Positions 17,719 through 20,198 of a DNA stretch of 20,198 bases are shown here, one piece after another. Origin of the DNA: Octopus sinensis (taxonomy: Eukaryota); assembly GCF_006345805.1 (NCBI RefSeq), contig NW_021824276.1, forward strand, positions 1 to 20,198, in the 5' to 3' direction. The position numbers and the translations under genes are program-made. The notes under the pieces are model-generated. The model searched no databases. It had not been told where the DNA came from and saw only the letters and a list, made by a program, of their open reading frames with translations. Position 1 is the stretch's first letter; each line of letters begins with the position of its first letter.

Positions 17719-18072
17719 TACTCCCAACACACACACATACAATTAAATACTATAATTAAATACACAAAAATACATCGTACATACATATATAAGTACAAAC
17801 ATATCCATACATAACTACGGGTATATATATATATGTGTGTGTGTGTGTATGCATCTATATATGTATATGCATATATACATAATTTGAATACGAACGAATT
17901 CATGATAGCTACGGGCGAAAATGAATGTATACACATATATGGTACATATATATATATTTACATATATACATATTTATATGCACTCATATACGTGTGTTGT
18001 GTGTTAGAGTGAATGTATGCGCGCGCACACACACACGTAAACACACTAATACACATACACACAACGTATATA
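17680..18072. repeat. Degenerate (CA)n/(TA)n/(TG)n microsatellite field
   Basis: Directly visible. Confidence 0.85.
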
Positions 18073-18731
18073 GTAGTTTTCATTTCAGTAAAAATATCTA
18101 ACGATTTCCTTATATTTTTACCGTGACAGTAATGAAAAACAGATATAAAAGCATTTTTTTTTTTTTAAGTTCAGTATATGATGGAACGGCTTTGTTGTGT
18201 GAATTTCAATGAGGGAACCAGTTTCTTAGCTCTTCCTTTGTCGGACAACTTTAAAGAATATCATAAATACGCCAATATCAATAATATAATTAAATCCCAC
18301 AAACGTTTTCCTATTCGGTAACACCGCGATTTTTCTTCTTTCATTTTGATCGTCTGCCTGTGAATAAACGTCGTCTGCTCAATGAAAAGTAAAATAAAAT
18401 AAAAAACTATGCCGCCATTTCTGAAATATCAAACATGTACATCACATATCAGTTTTCTTCATAAATATGTATTTTCTCCTTTTTTTCTTCTTTTTCTTCT
18501 TTTCTTTTAAAGAAGCTTTACCTTAAATATCTCTGATCAAAATAATATTGATCTCATTTAAGTAAATCCTAGTGATTTTGCATTTATTTCCTTACTTGGA
18601 TCAATCCATTGAGTGTCACGGCCAGGCTTTAGCACTGCCTCGCGAGGCATGAAGCTAAGTTTAACAACAGAAAACGTATTGTTGAGGCAACCAATTCCAG
18701 TATATTTTTGTTATTTGCTTTGACTCTTGAA

Positions 18732-18917
18732 TAGTGCTCCGCAACCTTTTTCCACTTGCAGTACAGTTATATTCTTTCTAAAATTTGGCGCCACACCTGA
18801 ACTAAAAATATAACTAAAAATAGAGGGGAATAAATTTTATTTAGGTTACACAGCGGTACACCTAGCATCGTCTCGTGGCACACCAGTGTTCCGCGGCATA
18901 CCGGTTGCGGAGCACTG
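18732..18917. mobile_element. hAT (Charlie-like) MITE, 186 bp
   Basis: TIRs TAGTGCTCCGCAACC (18732-18746) and GGTTGCGGAGCACTG (18903-18917), 14/15. The 8-bp flanks CTCTTGAA and TTCTAGAA match at 6/8 and fit the NTCTAGAN target preference of Charlie-type hATs. Confidence 0.85.
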
Positions 18918-18930
18918 TTCTAGAATAATC

Positions 18931-19068
18931 TTTTCTACTATAGATACAATGCCTGGAAGGAGGCTTGTCAATTACATCAACCCCAGTGCTCAGTTGGTAC
19001 TTAATTCATCGATCCCGAAAGGATGAACAGCAAGGTCATTCTCCCTCAGCGGATTTGCACTCAGAACG
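18931..19068 (-). mobile_element. Degenerate SINE family A, tail type 2, 5'-truncated
   Basis: TTTTCTACTATAGATACAATGCCTGGA...CCCCAGTGCTCAGTTGGTACTTAATTCATCGATCCCGAAAGGATGAA...ATTTGCACTCAGAACG. Confidence 0.8.
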
Positions 19069-19494
19069 GATGTCCAGTGTGCTGATTATACTACCAGGTC
19101 ATAGAAAGGCACAGCAAGTGCTTTCTACTTTCGTTTTTCAAGTGGAATTTTATAGAGCGAAACTGTATGGAAGCCTATAAGAAGAACAATCACTCATGTC
19201 TTTGGGTTGTGGATTAAATATATCATCCGCTTTAGCACAAACAACGGGAACTAAATACTTTTTAGTGGAGAGGAAACAATCGTGTTACAAAAATTCGGAT
19301 CGGATATTCAGGTTTCAGGATCTCTTCTTCCCTCCCTGCTCTCGTTTCCCTCAGCAGTTTTGGAGGAGCTGTAAAGAGCCATTTCTCCTGTGACTGAGGC
19401 GCTAAGAAAGTTGTTCAAAAATGAGATGAGCTTCAATAGTAGAAACATCAGTAGCAGCAGCCGCAGTTTTGGATCACATCCTAAATAAACAAAC

Positions 19495-19665
19495 ATGCGT
19501 AGCGGCCTCTCATCCGTCTTTACGTTCTGAGTTCAAATTCCGCCGAGGTTGACTTTGCTTTTCATCCTTTCGGGGTCGATAAATTAAGTACCAATGAAAC
19601 ACTGGAATCGATGTATTCGACTCAGCCTCCCCCGAATTGCTGCCCTTGTGGAAAAGCTTGAAACC
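19495..19665 (+). mobile_element. SINE family A, tail type 3, followed by (ATT)n
   Basis: TACGTTCTGAGTTCAAATTCCGCCGAGG...TTTCGGGGTCGATAAATTAAGTACCA...GAATTGCTGCCCTTGTGGAAAAGCTTGAAACC. Confidence 0.9.
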
Positions 19666-19683
19666 ATTATTATTATTATTATT

Positions 19684-19876
19684 AGAATTGTTAGTACGCC
19701 GAGCGAAAGACAGTATTTCGTCTGCTGCTACGTTCTGAGGTCAAAATCCACCGAGGTCAACTTTGCCTTTCATCTTTTCGGGGTCGACAAATTAAGTACC
19801 AGTTGAGTACTGGTGTCGATGTAATCGATTTAACACCTAACCTCAAATTTCAGGCCATGTCCCTCTAGTAAAAAGG

Positions 19877-19877
<1 letters not shown>
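19684..19877 (+). mobile_element. SINE family A, tail type 2, tandem to the previous copy, followed by (ATT)n
   Basis: Starts AGAATTGTTAGTACGCC and ends AAATTTCAGGCCATGTCCCTCTAGTAAAAAGGA, then (TTA)n to ~19937. Confidence 0.88.
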
Positions 19878-19922
<45 letters not shown>

Positions 19923-19937
19923 ATTATTATTATTATT

Positions 19938-20198
19938 GAGTGAAAGAGCAGTGGATGCTATTAAAGTGACACTGAGGTAAAATATACGAAGCCCAGAATA
20001 CCCATCATAACTACCTGTGTGATAAGGGTACACTAGGCACATGCGTCACAATCTTATGTGCGCGAAATAGGGATCTCATATCAAGATAAACAGTGCAGAC
20101 TTTGCATTGTGGGGTCCAGTTAGGATTATTCATCTCGCTAAAAACTTCCCTGAATAAGGGTCGTTTTAAAGATGTTGAACAAAATACCTATGTTTCCA
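19938..20198 (-). mobile_element. Probable 3' end/UTR of an unclassified non-LTR retrotransposon with (AAT)n tail; runs off the window
   Basis: Complex sequence ending (minus strand) CCACTGCTCTTTCACTC followed by (AAT)n. Resembles an Octopus repeat I recall. No coding motif is visible in the window. Confidence 0.4.

Overview
AT-rich, microsatellite-dense eukaryotic DNA with no supportable intact protein-coding gene. It is probably intronic or intergenic, and the SINE repertoire suggests an Octopus (coleoid cephalopod) genome, which is an inference from my recognition of the repeats. Almost all supplied ORFs are translations of simple repeats. The window holds about 16 copies or fragments of one tRNA-derived SINE (family A, with alternative 3' tails) and two other SINE families (B, D). 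It also holds two 5'-truncated Tx1/L1-clade LINE ends, a mariner DD34D transposase pseudogene cut by a SINE, a 599-bp internally deleted Tc1 element with both TIRs, a hAT MITE and a ~0.9-kb tandem duplication with a chimeric middle copy. The most interesting signals are: (1) two minimal type-I hammerhead-ribozyme-like folds with palindromic stem III, one with a G3-C8 swapped core inside a small insertion bounded by a 12-bp direct repeat; (2) a 33/40 match between the family-A SINE tail and the 3' end of a Tx1-like LINE in the same window; (3) SINE concatemers that restart at the same head position; (4) a ~33-nt minisatellite derived from the SINE central domain. Family letters are my labels, and no database searches were run.
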